The notes under the pieces were generated by a model. That model had not been told where the DNA came from, did not search any database, and saw only the letters and a list, made by a program, of their open reading frames with translations. Both the position numbers and the translations under genes were made by a program. From Bacteroidota bacterium (lineage in GTDB: Bacteria; Bacteroidota; Bacteroidia; JACPRZ01), in contig JACPRZ010000063.1 of the NCBI GenBank assembly GCA_016193485.1, positions 128,156 to 192,155 on the forward strand: a stretch of DNA of 64,000 nucleotides, written 5' to 3'. Positions 19,191 to 29,644 of this stretch are shown here, piece by piece (position 1 is the stretch's first letter; each line of letters starts with the position of its first letter).

Positions 19191-20618
19191 ATGTCTTCCA
19201 AAACCAAAATCATCGCCACCCTCGGTCCTGCATCTTCGTCACGCAAGGTTCTCAAAGAATTAATCATTGCGGGTGTTGATCTCTGCCGCATTAACTTTTC
19301 ACACGGAACGCATGACGATTGCGCTAAAATTATTGGCGATATACGCGCCATAAATTCTGAATGTGGGACCAATGTCGCCATCCTTGCCGACCTGCAGGGG
19401 CCTAAAATCCGAATCGGTGAGGCAAAAGAAAAAACCAAACTGAAAACCGGAAGTGAAGTCCTCGTCACAGACAAACCGGGCGTCACTACCTACGAAGTTA
19501 TCCGCATCAATCATCCGGGAATCATGAAAGATCTAAAAGAAAACGATACAATCCTTATTGATGACGGCAATATTATTTTACATGTCAAAGAAAAAATAAA
19601 AAAGAACTACCGCAAAGCAATTGTAGTCAGCGGAGGTGCGCTGCTTTCCAACAAGGGAGTCAATCTGCCGCAAAGCCGGCTCTCCATGCCGTCTCTCACC
19701 CAAAAAGACAGGGCAGACCTTGAATTTGCGCTGGAACATAAAATTGAATGGATAGGGCTTTCCTTTGTGAGGCGGGCTGAAGATATTTCGGAATTAAAAA
19801 GCCGTGTACGGGAGCGTTCACCGCATACGAAGATAATAGCCAAGATTGAAAAGCCCGAAGCGGTGAAAAACATAGATGCGGTCATAAATGCTTCCGATGG
19901 CATCATGGTGGCGCGTGGCGACCTGGGCGTTGAGATGCCCATGCAGGATGTTCCGCTCATTCAGAAAATGCTGGTAAAAAAATGCCTCCTCGCATCGCGT
20001 CCCGTCATCATCGCAACGCAAATGATGGAAAGCATGGTGAATAACCTGTTTCCCACCCGTGCCGAAGTCAACGATGTGGCGAATGCGATCATGGACGGGG
20101 CGGATGCCGTCATGCTGAGCGCTGAAACATCCATCGGGAAACACCCGGTAAAAGTCATTGATGCGGTACAGAAGATCATCGCCCGTACGGAGACATACGA
20201 GGGTATATACAACCGCCATTACCCCCCCTCTGCGCCTGAAGATCCCCGCTTTATTTCCGACTCGGTATGCTACAACGCCTGTCTCCTCTCCGAAAGAATA
20301 GGCGCAAAAGCGATAATCACCATGACACACTCCGGGTACACGGCATTCAAAATATCCGCATTCCGCCCGAATGCTGATATCTTTGTCTTTACCTACAACA
20401 CCGCCATACTGAACACCATGAATCTGCTCTGGGGAGTGAAATGCTTTTATTATGATAAGTTCGCTTCAACCGACCAGACCATTGATGAGATTAAAAAGAT
20501 TCTAAAACAGCAGGGATTGGTAAAACCGGGAGATACGGTGATAAATATCGCCAGTATACCGATTGCCGAAAAAGGAATGTCAAATATGCTGAAGGTCAGC
20601 AGGGTGGAGGCAGGATAA
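19191..20618 (+). CDS. pyk: Pyruvate kinase
   Basis: TKIIATLGPA, RINFSHG, DLQGPKIR, MVARGDLGVE, ATQMMESM, PTRAE. Confidence 0.97.
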   Translation: MSSKTKIIATLGPASSSRKVLKELIIAGVDLCRINFSHGTHDDCAKIIGDIRAINSECGTNVAILADLQGPKIRIGEAKEKTKLKTGSEVLVTDKPGVTTYEVIRINHPGIMKDLKENDTILIDDGNIILHVKEKIKKNYRKAIVVSGGALLSNKGVNLPQSRLSMPSLTQKDRADLEFALEHKIEWIGLSFVRRAEDISELKSRVRERSPHTKIIAKIEKPEAVKNIDAVINASDGIMVARGDLGVEMPMQDVPLIQKMLVKKCLLASRPVIIATQMMESMVNNLFPTRAEVNDVANAIMDGADAVMLSAETSIGKHPVKVIDAVQKIIARTETYEGIYNRHYPPSAPEDPRFISDSVCYNACLLSERIGAKAIITMTHSGYTAFKISAFRPNADIFVFTYNTAILNTMNLLWGVKCFYYDKFASTDQTIDEIKKILKQQGLVKPGDTVINIASIPIAEKGMSNMLKVSRVEAG

Positions 20619-20714
20619 AACCGGGCATACCGTTGCACCCATTCGGTTTATGCGGATCTGCCATTAGCAACAGAGATTTAAAATATGTACTTTTGTGGTT
20701 TGACTTACTTTAGT

Positions 20715-21734
20715 GTGAAACAGCAACTTCTCTGTTTTTTGTTGATTTTGTCATGGGCTCACTCCTTATCCCAGCACACTTTTTCGATATGTGCTGTGGA
20801 TACCGTTACAGGTGAGGTTGGCAGTGCCGGGGCTTCCTGCATTGACGATATCGGTTGCGGTGGTTGCGGGGGAGTTGTGATTATCAGTGGTATTATTCCC
20901 GGTAAAGGGGCGGTCAATGCCCAGGCATCGGTATGTATACCTAATTACAACCTGCAGAATGCTCTTGGCTGGATGCAGCAAGGTTTTTCACCCCAGGCAA
21001 TTCTTGATTCGTTGCAGGCGAACGATGCTTGCGCCTGGTATGACTGGTCGCGCAGGCAATACGGCATTGTGGATCTGTATAATGGTTCTGCCCGCAGCGC
21101 AGGATATACCGGGATCAACTGTCTTGATTACAAAAATCATATTACGGGTTCCAATTATTCCATTCAGGGAAATATTCTGCTGGGGCAGGAGATACTTGAT
21201 TCAATGGAAGCGCGCTTTCTTAATTCCAATGGTGATCTTGCCTGCAAATTGATGGCTGCCCTGCAGGGAGCCAAAGTCCCGGGTGCAGATACACGATGTC
21301 TTAGTTCAGGGAATTCCTCCTTATCTTCATACCTGCGTGTAGCCCGGTCAACCGACACCGCTTCTTCATTTTATCTTGACATTGTCATAAAAAGCGGACC
21401 CTACGGTTATGAACCCATTGATTCGCTTCAGGAACTGTTTGACTCAATGCACAGTTGTACTGCATCTTCTATAGAAAAAATAAAAGGAACGTCACCGGTC
21501 AACCTTTTACGCAATCCTTCTGTGGGAACGCTTTCAGTTGTGGTCAGCCGGCAGGGAAACTCTCTTTACCGGCTGGAAACTTACGATAATCTGGGCCGGA
21601 GAATTTCTGTGCACGAGTTCAGGAAAAGTGTTACATGGGAGATAAATGCAATCTCTCCGGGAAATTATTACTACACGATAACGGATGTTCAGGAAAATAA
21701 AACCATAAAAACCGGGATCCTGCATATTGAATAG
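20715..21734 (+). CDS. DUF1028 (Ntn-hydrolase-like) protein with T9SS C-terminal sorting domain
   Basis: Signal peptide then TFSICAVD..TGEVGSAGASC, IQGNIL; C-terminal NPS...YDNLGR...GNYYY; GTG start chosen because a TACTTTTG box overlaps the ORF-track start. Confidence 0.8.
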   Translation: MKQQLLCFLLILSWAHSLSQHTFSICAVDTVTGEVGSAGASCIDDIGCGGCGGVVIISGIIPGKGAVNAQASVCIPNYNLQNALGWMQQGFSPQAILDSLQANDACAWYDWSRRQYGIVDLYNGSARSAGYTGINCLDYKNHITGSNYSIQGNILLGQEILDSMEARFLNSNGDLACKLMAALQGAKVPGADTRCLSSGNSSLSSYLRVARSTDTASSFYLDIVIKSGPYGYEPIDSLQELFDSMHSCTASSIEKIKGTSPVNLLRNPSVGTLSVVVSRQGNSLYRLETYDNLGRRISVHEFRKSVTWEINAISPGNYYYTITDVQENKTIKTGILHIE

Positions 21735-21759
21735 AATTAATTGAATTTCCTGGAAATCA

Positions 21760-22839
21760 TCAAAAATAAATACATCCCCCCACGCTGTCCCTTTCCGCAC
21801 CGGTAACCGATTTCAGGCAGTTTTTTTCTCCCCGCCACCTTAAAACACCGAGAAAACCGAAAATCAGCGCCTCTTTAAAATCAATAATTTTCTTTTCGGG
21901 TAGAATTATTTCTGCGGTACAGAGAGATCCAATGCGCTCAACCAGAAACCGGTTATGTGCTCCGCCACCCGTCATCAAAATTTTTTTCTTTTCTGAATCG
22001 CCATAGCGGGTTATTGCCCGGGCAATCTGTTGGGCAATATGCTCTGCAGCTGTACGTAATTTACCTTCCGGAGAACATCGGTTCCGGACAAAGAGCGGGA
22101 AAACGGCATTCTCCGCCCACTCCCTGCCAAGTGATTTAGGGGGGGGTAAACGATAATAATTGATCCTGTTAAGTTTTTTCAACAAAGGAATATTCACGTT
22201 GCCTTTTCGTGCAAGGGATCCGTTGCGATCAAATTCTTTTCCGGTCATACCGCTGAGGCGGTTAAGAAGGATATTGCACGGACAGATGTCAAAGGCGATG
22301 CGTTTTTTATTTTCCCTGAATGAAATATTGGCAAACCCGCCCAGGTTCAGGCAGTAATCATATTGAGGGAAAAGCAGTTCATCGCCAACCGGAACCAGCG
22401 GTGCGCCTTCACCGCCACGAACGACATCACCGGAGCGGAAATCCGTTATTGCCGGAATTCCGGTTACAGCAGCCATGACCGCACCATCCCCAATCTGAAA
22501 TGTCACTCCTCTTCCGGGTTGATGAAAGACAGTATGACCATGCGAGGAAATGAAATTAACCAGTGAAATATGGTTCCGGGAAATAAATTTTTTTAAGAGT
22601 ATAGCGCAATATTTTCCATAATCCCTATGCAACATTATCAGCGGTTCTCCATTCAGGAGAGAAGCGCCTGAAAGGCGTTTTTTCCATGGGAGGGAATAAT
22701 GCTCCGTTTTTGCCATGACCAGACAGAAAAACCATTTTCTTTTCTTTCTGATGAAGCGGCAGTACGCCATGTCCAGCCCGTCAAGGGAGGTACCCGACAT
22801 CAACCCGATAACCGAAAATTTATTTTGATTTTTGAACAT
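21760..22839 (-). CDS. anmK: Anhydro-N-acetylmuramic acid kinase
   Basis: GLMSGTSLDGLD, SHGHTVFH, DFR..D...GG.GAPLVP, NLGGFAN, KEAL.F. Confidence 0.95.
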   Translation of the reverse strand: MFKNQNKFSVIGLMSGTSLDGLDMAYCRFIRKKRKWFFCLVMAKTEHYSLPWKKRLSGASLLNGEPLIMLHRDYGKYCAILLKKFISRNHISLVNFISSHGHTVFHQPGRGVTFQIGDGAVMAAVTGIPAITDFRSGDVVRGGEGAPLVPVGDELLFPQYDYCLNLGGFANISFRENKKRIAFDICPCNILLNRLSGMTGKEFDRNGSLARKGNVNIPLLKKLNRINYYRLPPPKSLGREWAENAVFPLFVRNRCSPEGKLRTAAEHIAQQIARAITRYGDSEKKKILMTGGGAHNRFLVERIGSLCTAEIILPEKKIIDFKEALIFGFLGVLRWRGEKNCLKSVTGAERDSVGGCIYF

Positions 22840-22902
22840 ATCTGAAAGTATCTGGTTTTTTTGCTTAATTTTGCAAAAAAACATAAAAAAAATCAATTAC
22901 TA

Positions 22903-23376
22903 ATGTTCTTCAAAAAAGAAGGAATAATGGTAAAACCAAACGAACCCGAATCCAATGCTGTCAATCTGATAGGTCAGGGAACGACCATCCAGGGCGACAT
23001 TACTTCTAATGGCGATGTACGGATAGACGGTACATTAAAAGGAACGTTAACTTCAAAGGGCAAAGTTGTTGTGGGAACCACCGGGGTGGTAGAGGGACAG
23101 GTCAACTGCCAGAATGCCGATGTATCAGGATCGGTGCAGGCGAAAGTGATGATTTCAGAATTGCTTACGCTGAAGCCATCCGCCCGGCTGAACGGTGATA
23201 TCATCACCAATAAACTTGCCATTGAGCCGGGTGCAGTATTTTCCGGGTCATGCAAGATGGGCGAGGCCGTAAATGAACGCACATCTTCCTGGTCATCCGG
23301 AAAACCCAATACTTTCGCAGGTGACGGAAAAACCGAAAAAGAATTCCAGCACCGAGCAGCCGAAAAGGTCGCTTAA
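22903..23376 (+). CDS. Bactofilin (polymer-forming cytoskeletal protein)
   Basis: IGQGTTIQGDI...VRIDG...G.V.GQV...L.IEPGAVFSG beta-helix repeats. Confidence 0.9.
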   Translation: MFFKKEGIMVKPNEPESNAVNLIGQGTTIQGDITSNGDVRIDGTLKGTLTSKGKVVVGTTGVVEGQVNCQNADVSGSVQAKVMISELLTLKPSARLNGDIITNKLAIEPGAVFSGSCKMGEAVNERTSSWSSGKPNTFAGDGKTEKEFQHRAAEKVA

Positions 23377-23554
23377 CCCGTATGTAAAATATTCCGGCAT
23401 CGCCTTTCAGATGATCGTCATCATCCTGCTTGGACTTTTTGCCGGTATTAAAAGCGATGCTTTTTTTAAACTGGAATTTCCCGCCTTTACTCTTGCGTTA
23501 ACCCTTCTTGCGCTGGGAGTTGCGCTTTATATACTTTTTAGAGATGTGAAGTGA
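23321..23554 (+). CDS. AtpZ/AtpI family membrane protein
   Basis: YVKYSGIAFQM...G...D...two TM helices; overlaps bactofilin end; start uncertain. Confidence 0.75.
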   Translation: MTEKPKKNSSTEQPKRSLNPYVKYSGIAFQMIVIILLGLFAGIKSDAFFKLEFPAFTLALTLLALGVALYILFRDVK

Positions 23555-23557
23555 AAT

Positions 23558-24082
23558 TTACTCCGGACTGATTTCCACTTTTACGGTTTCGTTTACCTCA
23601 TCACCTTTAAAATCACTTCTTGTGCAACGCACCTTATAGCGCGCTCCGTCAACGGTCGCATATTGCCATGAGTCGGAAGATGCGATATTAAGTTTTTTGC
23701 TGTAGTGATCATATATAGTATGCATGAATTTGCGTATGGTGACCGCATTTTCACCCGTACCCCGCACCCGGAACTCTATTTCCCTGATTATTTTATTCCC
23801 GTCCAGATTAAAAGTCAAATGCATGGTGTTATCATGCTCATCCCACCGTTTCCAGAGTTGATAAATGGTATTACCATCTATATTTTCTTCCCTGATTTCC
23901 CATTCCGGATTGTGATTGATCTTTATTGTTTCCCATGAATCACCGATATCAACGCCTGCGATGATTCCTTTTTCCGGCTTGAGAATCATCTCATTCAGGA
24001 ATGATTCTTCTATTTTGACGCTGCATGAAAACAGCATTGAACAAAGCGGGAGAATCAAAAGATTCTTTAATGAATCAGCCAT
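23558..24082 (-). CDS. Hypothetical lipoprotein
   Basis: LFSC lipobox; 174-aa ORF. Confidence 0.6.
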   Translation of the reverse strand: MADSLKNLLILPLCSMLFSCSVKIEESFLNEMILKPEKGIIAGVDIGDSWETIKINHNPEWEIREENIDGNTIYQLWKRWDEHDNTMHLTFNLDGNKIIREIEFRVRGTGENAVTIRKFMHTIYDHYSKKLNIASSDSWQYATVDGARYKVRCTRSDFKGDEVNETVKVEISPE

Positions 24083-24177
24083 AACGATTTTTGTTTTTTG
24101 ATATAATAAACAAGAGAAGGATTAAGCGCAAATTTAATAATATTGAACTAATGACAAATTGATGATAAAACCAATAA

Positions 24178-24260
24178 AATGCGAATATGCGAATTCCGAT
24201 GACTATCGGGACTCATGATACGAATCCTTTACCTGCAATAATTCACAACAAGATTCGTTA
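24178..24260. repeat. GCGAAT/ACGAAT array containing an 18-bp palindrome (24194-24211)
   Basis: aatgcgaatatgcgaa[ttccgatgactatcggga]ctcatgatacgaat...attcgtt. Confidence 0.7.
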
Positions 24261-24270
24261 GTTTATCAGG

Positions 24271-25695
24271 ATGATAAATACAGAAAATATAAAACCGCTG
24301 GTCATCATTCTTCTGGCATTTTCCTGCAACAGCATCCAGGTCAAAAAATCCGGTGATGGGGCGGGAAAAGATAGTGCTATTGAACAATCAGGTTTTAATG
24401 ACAGTTCACCTATCCCTGTTCAGAACACTACGGTGGCCGAACCATCCGCTTATTCAACGGACACTTCAATCATTGCTGACAGGACACATTATTTTGGACC
24501 ACCATCCCTGAAAGAGTTTTACAATAAACTTACAAAGACAAAACAAAACTTTCTTCTGCCTGACGATAAAGATACGACCGTAGTTTTTAAGGAGGGGACT
24601 TCCGTTGAATTCAAGGCAGGATCATTCATCTCCGAAAAAACCGGGAAAGAAATTACGGGCAACATACAGGTATCGGTTCAGGAATATTATAAACTATCAG
24701 ATATCATTCTTGCAAAGTTATCTGCTACATCAAACGGCAACCTTCTTGAAACCGGAGGAATGATTTATATAAGTGCATCATCGGGCAGTGAAAAATGTAT
24801 TTTAAAAGAGGGAGAAACAATAAGAATAGGTTTTCCCGCAATTGAGATGAAAGAGGGAATGCAACTTTACAACGGTGAATGGACAGACGATTTCAGGATC
24901 AACTGGAATAAATCAAATCCGATAATAACAGAAGAGATAATTACAGCCGTTGACCAGGTGCCGGTTTTTCCCGGAGGATATTCAAAATTCCGGGAATACA
25001 TAAACAAAACGGTTTACTATCCTAAAAATGCAATGGCTGATGGGCTACAGGGAAAGGTTTACATTTATTTTGTTATAGATAAAGAAGGAAACATCACTAA
25101 AGCAAAAATTAAAAGCGGTATTGACCCTGGATGCGACCGTGTTGCTCTTGAAGCGGTGAAGATGATGCCTAAATGGATTCCTGGCTGTTTGAATGGCATC
25201 CCTGTAAATGTCAGTTATATTTTACCCGTATTATTTTCATTGGGAAGCCCGGCAGTAGGGTTGGATTATAATGTGGACTTCGGTACTGTTTTTAATGATA
25301 CATCAATAAGCAGTGCAGGCGCTTTTCAGATAAACAGGTACTTTTTCAGTTCATCTCAACTGGGTTGGATTAATTGTGACCGGCTGTGGAAAGATAATAA
25401 TGCGGCAAGGGTTGACTACATTGTTCATCTAGGGAATGAAGAGGAATGTATTTCAACGGTTGTTTTTCACCGGTTTAAGGCAGTAATGACCGGAGCACAG
25501 GTGGGTACAATGTCTGTATACGAGAATTTACCATCAGGAGAAAAAATTACACTGGTCGCAATAAAATATATCAACGGAAAACCGTACCTGGCGGTAAAAG
25601 GAACTAAAATTTCTGCCAGGACCGAAAACGATCTGGAATTTCATCCGGTCACCATGGAAATGCTTAAATCGGAGATGAAAAAAATTGACATTTGA
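24271..25695 (+). CDS. Lipoprotein with internal TonB C-terminal domain
   Basis: AFSC lipobox; PVFPGG...YP..A....QGKVYIYFVID..G...MPKWIPG; LETGGM and LGWINCD motifs. Confidence 0.75.
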   Translation: MINTENIKPLVIILLAFSCNSIQVKKSGDGAGKDSAIEQSGFNDSSPIPVQNTTVAEPSAYSTDTSIIADRTHYFGPPSLKEFYNKLTKTKQNFLLPDDKDTTVVFKEGTSVEFKAGSFISEKTGKEITGNIQVSVQEYYKLSDIILAKLSATSNGNLLETGGMIYISASSGSEKCILKEGETIRIGFPAIEMKEGMQLYNGEWTDDFRINWNKSNPIITEEIITAVDQVPVFPGGYSKFREYINKTVYYPKNAMADGLQGKVYIYFVIDKEGNITKAKIKSGIDPGCDRVALEAVKMMPKWIPGCLNGIPVNVSYILPVLFSLGSPAVGLDYNVDFGTVFNDTSISSAGAFQINRYFFSSSQLGWINCDRLWKDNNAARVDYIVHLGNEEECISTVVFHRFKAVMTGAQVGTMSVYENLPSGEKITLVAIKYINGKPYLAVKGTKISARTENDLEFHPVTMEMLKSEMKKIDI

Positions 25696-25714
25696 TATCC
25701 CGTATCTTCGCATC

Positions 25715-27073
25715 ATGGCGGTTACCCTGATTCAAAACGCTACAGTAGTCAACGAAGGCAAAATCTTTCCGGCTGATGTGGTTATTAACAACGAAACCAT
25801 CAGCGCCATTACCGCACCGAAAAGCGCTCATGTAGAACGGCTGTCTTCAACTGTTCTTGACGCGACAGGTTTGTACATGTTACCTGGCGTCATTGACTGC
25901 CAGGTGCACTTCCGCGAACCGGGGCTGACACATAAAGGAGACATCTATACCGAGTCGAGGGCGGCAGTTGCGGGGGGGATAACTTCATTTATGGAGATGC
26001 CTAATACGGTTCCCCCGGTTCTGACGCAGGACCTTCTTGAAGAGAAATACGCAATCGCTTCGGAGAAATCGCTGGCGAATTTTTCCTTTTACATGGGCTT
26101 TTCCGATGATAACCTTGATGAGGTCTTACGAACCGATCCGGCAACGGTATGCGGAGTAAAGGCATTTCTCGGTTCAACAACAGGTGAAATGCTTATCCGG
26201 AATCCCCGCGCACTGGAAGAACTTTTCAGTAAATGCCGGTTGCCGGTTGCCGTTCATTGCGAGGATGATGATATAATCCGGAAAAACAGCGAAGAATACC
26301 GGAAAAAGTTCGGAGCAGATGTGCCGGTTGAATATCATCCGGCAATCCGCAGTGCCGAGGCATGTTACAAATCTTCAAGTTTTGCGGTTGACCTTGCCCG
26401 CAAATACAATACGCGCCTTCATGTGATCCATGTATCAACGGCAAAGGAGACCTCTCTTTTTGATAACGACATACCTCTCAGCAAAAAACACATTACCGCA
26501 GAGGTTTGCGTACATCATTTATGGTTCAGCAATGAGGATTACAAATCAAAAGGTTCGTTGATAAAATGGAACCCGGCCATAAAAACCAAAGAAGACCGCG
26601 AAGGCCTTTTCCTGGCATTGCTTGACAACCGGCTTGATATAATAGCCACCGACCATGCACCGCATACGCTTGAGGAAAAAGAACACCCGTATTTTCAATG
26701 TCCGTCAGGCGCTCCTATGGTGCAACATTCGCTTGCCGTCATGCTCGAATTTTATCACCGGGAAAAAATTACTGTGGAAAAAATAGTTGAAAAGATGTGC
26801 CATACACCTGCAATTTGTTTCGGTATTGAAAAACGGGGTTTTATCCGGAAGGGTTACTATGCCGATTTTATCCTCGTTGATCTCAACGCTCCCTGGACGG
26901 TTGATAAAACAAACATCCATTATAAATGCGGATGGTCGCCACTGGAGGGAGAAACTTTTCGATCTACCGTTACGCACACTTTTGTAAACGGCTATCCGGT
27001 TTATGAAAACGGCAGGTTCAATGAAACAAAGCAGGGTAAAAGGATTATTTTCAGGAGGCAAACAAGATCCTGA
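25715..27073 (+). CDS. pyrC: Dihydroorotase
   Basis: PGVIDCQVHFREPG, EMPNT, KWNPAIK, ATDHAPH. Confidence 0.93.
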   Translation: MAVTLIQNATVVNEGKIFPADVVINNETISAITAPKSAHVERLSSTVLDATGLYMLPGVIDCQVHFREPGLTHKGDIYTESRAAVAGGITSFMEMPNTVPPVLTQDLLEEKYAIASEKSLANFSFYMGFSDDNLDEVLRTDPATVCGVKAFLGSTTGEMLIRNPRALEELFSKCRLPVAVHCEDDDIIRKNSEEYRKKFGADVPVEYHPAIRSAEACYKSSSFAVDLARKYNTRLHVIHVSTAKETSLFDNDIPLSKKHITAEVCVHHLWFSNEDYKSKGSLIKWNPAIKTKEDREGLFLALLDNRLDIIATDHAPHTLEEKEHPYFQCPSGAPMVQHSLAVMLEFYHREKITVEKIVEKMCHTPAICFGIEKRGFIRKGYYADFILVDLNAPWTVDKTNIHYKCGWSPLEGETFRSTVTHTFVNGYPVYENGRFNETKQGKRIIFRRQTRS

Positions 27074-27152
27074 TCATTTATCCTGAAGGGAATGCGGTAC
27101 CATGTACCGAATCTTATTGTAAGTTTGTAACATCATTCAATATAAGCAGGGT

Positions 27153-27683
27153 ATGATTTCAAAAAAAATTGAAGCAGCGCTCAACAAACAGGTTGAGTCG
27201 GAGGCAATTTCATCGCAGATTTACCTGGCAATGGCTTCTTGGGTGGAAACACAAGGACTTACCGGAACATGCCAATTTCTGTATAAACATTCCGATGAAG
27301 AACGGCTTCACATGTTAAAACTAATCCGCTTTTTAAACGAGCGTGGCAGACACGGTATTGTTCCGCAAGTGAAGCAACCGTTTAAAACTTTTGAATCCCT
27401 GAGTGCGGTTTTCAGACAAATCCTTGAGCACGAAATCCATGTTACGCAGGAAATAAACAATATCATCTCCTTGTGCTTGCAGGAAAAGGACTACACCACG
27501 CATAACTTCATGCAGTATTATGTTGCAGAGCAGATTGAAGAAGAGCGGGTGGCAAAATCGATTCTTGACAAACTCAACCTGATAGGCGATGACAAAGGCG
27601 GTTTATACCTTTTTGACCGGGATATGCAGAATTTTCCCCTGCAGGATGGAAATCAGGCGGAACAGGGAACAAAAGCGGGATGA
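27153..27683 (+). CDS. ftnA: Ferritin
   Basis: EERLHM, EHE, EQIEEE ferroxidase residues. Confidence 0.92.
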   Translation: MISKKIEAALNKQVESEAISSQIYLAMASWVETQGLTGTCQFLYKHSDEERLHMLKLIRFLNERGRHGIVPQVKQPFKTFESLSAVFRQILEHEIHVTQEINNIISLCLQEKDYTTHNFMQYYVAEQIEEERVAKSILDKLNLIGDDKGGLYLFDRDMQNFPLQDGNQAEQGTKAG

Positions 27684-27789
27684 TTCTATTCTGTACCCAT
27701 CGGTATACATATATTGCTTTTGATTTTTTTTCTTATTATTGCTCATTATTTGCTGAAAAGATCACCTTGTAATACCCCTGCCTGCCCTC

Positions 27790-29445
27790 ATGCAATCAAA
27801 AATTTTTATCCCACTTCTCATACTTCCCCTGCAATTAATTTCAGGATCCAATGAGACGGTACAGGAAGTCAGCACCCAGGTGAAGTCGGTGATCATTTAC
27901 CTTGACGGAGCCGAACTGGCACATTCGGCCCAGGTAAATCTTGAAGTTGGCAGGAACCGCGTTATTTTTACGGGACTTTCGCCAAAATTAGTTTCAAAAA
28001 GCGTACAGGTAACAGCGCCCGAAGCGGTTACTGTTTTGTCAGTTTCAGACCGCATCAATTACCTTGCAAAGCAACTGGAAAACCAGCGGATCAAACAACT
28101 GAAGGATTCGGTGAACTTTCTTAAAGAAAATCTCGTTCAACTGAAAGATGACCGCGATGCGTATGAGACCGAAAAAAAAATGCTTATCGTTAACCAGTCC
28201 ATTGGCGGGCAGGATAAAGGGGTAGCGATGGCGGAACTGAAAATTGCTGCCGATTTCTACCGTTCGCGTATTAAAGAGATCAACAGCGCGGTTTCAAAAA
28301 TAGAAACCCAGGAGAAAAAACAGAGAGAAATTCTCGATAAAGTAACCAGCCAGTTGTATGAATTGAACGCGAAATATAATCCGCCAACTGCCGAGGTATC
28401 TATCCTGCTTGCCGTCACTTCGAAAACTGCAGCCACGCTTGAAATCAAATATCTTATCACCGGAGCCGGATGGTCGCCTCTCTACGATCTGCGTGCGGAA
28501 GATGTTGACAAACCCATCGAACTTAAATACCGCGCTAATGTTTTCAATAATTCGGGTTTTGACTGGAATAATGTAAAATTCAAACTCTCTACGGCTGATC
28601 CTATGCAATCCGCTGCACAGCCGCGGCTGGAACCCTGGTATCTTGATTATGAACAACCGGTTTACGGTTACAGTAAAGGCCAATATGACATACAACAGAA
28701 AGAAGGGTATACTCAAAATGTAATCATACCGCAGCAACAATTATTGTATGAAGGAAAAAGCGTAATCATGAAGGATTCTGTAGAATTTGCCGAAATCATG
28801 GTATCGGAACTGAGCGCTGAGTTTGACATTAAAGAACCCTATACCATTCCGTCCGATGCAAAACCATATATTGTGGATATTACCACGCACACTCTTCCTG
28901 CTTCTTACCAGCATTTCAGCGTGCCGAAAATTGACCGCGATGCATTTTTGCTTGCCCGCATAACCGGCTGGGAAGACCTCGACCTGGTAGAAGGTCCGGC
29001 AAAAGTTTACTACGGAAATACATTTGTGGGTAATTCTTACATTTATACACGAAGCGTTGATGATACCTTAAATCTATCTCTTGGCCGTGACGGGAAAATA
29101 CTTGTTACCCGATCCAAACTGAAGGATTTCAGCAGTACAAAATTCATCGGGTCAACAAAAAAAGAGACCTATGCGTATGAAATCGGAGTGAAGAATAACC
29201 GGAAAGGAAATATCAATATTGAAATACAGGACCAGATCCCGATTTCAAAACAAGGTGATATTTCGGTAGAGGTGCTTGAGACATCAGGCGCCAAAACGGA
29301 TGCCGTAACGGGACAACTGACATGGAATTTCAACCTTGCGCCCGGTGAGGCAAAAAAGATAACTTTATCCTTTTCTATAAAATATCCGAAAAATAAAACC
29401 GTTAATACTAAAAGATACAAAAGAAAGATGCGGGCTAATTTTTAA
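27790..29445 (+). CDS. DUF4140/DUF4139 domain protein
   Basis: V.IYLDGA N-terminus, coiled coil, W.PLYDLR, LSLGRD, DQIPIS. Confidence 0.85.
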   Translation: MQSKIFIPLLILPLQLISGSNETVQEVSTQVKSVIIYLDGAELAHSAQVNLEVGRNRVIFTGLSPKLVSKSVQVTAPEAVTVLSVSDRINYLAKQLENQRIKQLKDSVNFLKENLVQLKDDRDAYETEKKMLIVNQSIGGQDKGVAMAELKIAADFYRSRIKEINSAVSKIETQEKKQREILDKVTSQLYELNAKYNPPTAEVSILLAVTSKTAATLEIKYLITGAGWSPLYDLRAEDVDKPIELKYRANVFNNSGFDWNNVKFKLSTADPMQSAAQPRLEPWYLDYEQPVYGYSKGQYDIQQKEGYTQNVIIPQQQLLYEGKSVIMKDSVEFAEIMVSELSAEFDIKEPYTIPSDAKPYIVDITTHTLPASYQHFSVPKIDRDAFLLARITGWEDLDLVEGPAKVYYGNTFVGNSYIYTRSVDDTLNLSLGRDGKILVTRSKLKDFSSTKFIGSTKKETYAYEIGVKNNRKGNINIEIQDQIPISKQGDISVEVLETSGAKTDAVTGQLTWNFNLAPGEAKKITLSFSIKYPKNKTVNTKRYKRKMRANF

Positions 29446-29507
29446 TTGTTGTTACTGTTATTCAGAATCCATGAAATTTTGGTATGCTCAAATTGAATTC
29501 AGAAAAG

Positions 29508-29566
29508 AGGTATAAGGAATAAGGTATATGGTATATGGGTTCCCTATACCTTATACCCTATACCCT
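29508..29566. repeat. Gene-less inverted 7-mer array (GGTATAA/TTATACC)
   Basis: aggtataaggaataaggtatatggtatatggg-tt-ccctataccttataccctataccct. Confidence 0.85.
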
Positions 29567-29644
29567 AAATTTTTGTGCCTTATCCTGAAATCAGTTTGAA
29601 CTTACGATATCTCATAAAGAATCTTACTTAATAATTTAAATCTT

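Noticed and set aside
27777-27786. cctgcctgcc upstream of the DUF4139 gene
   Set aside because: Only 10 nt and one arm; cannot be told from chance.
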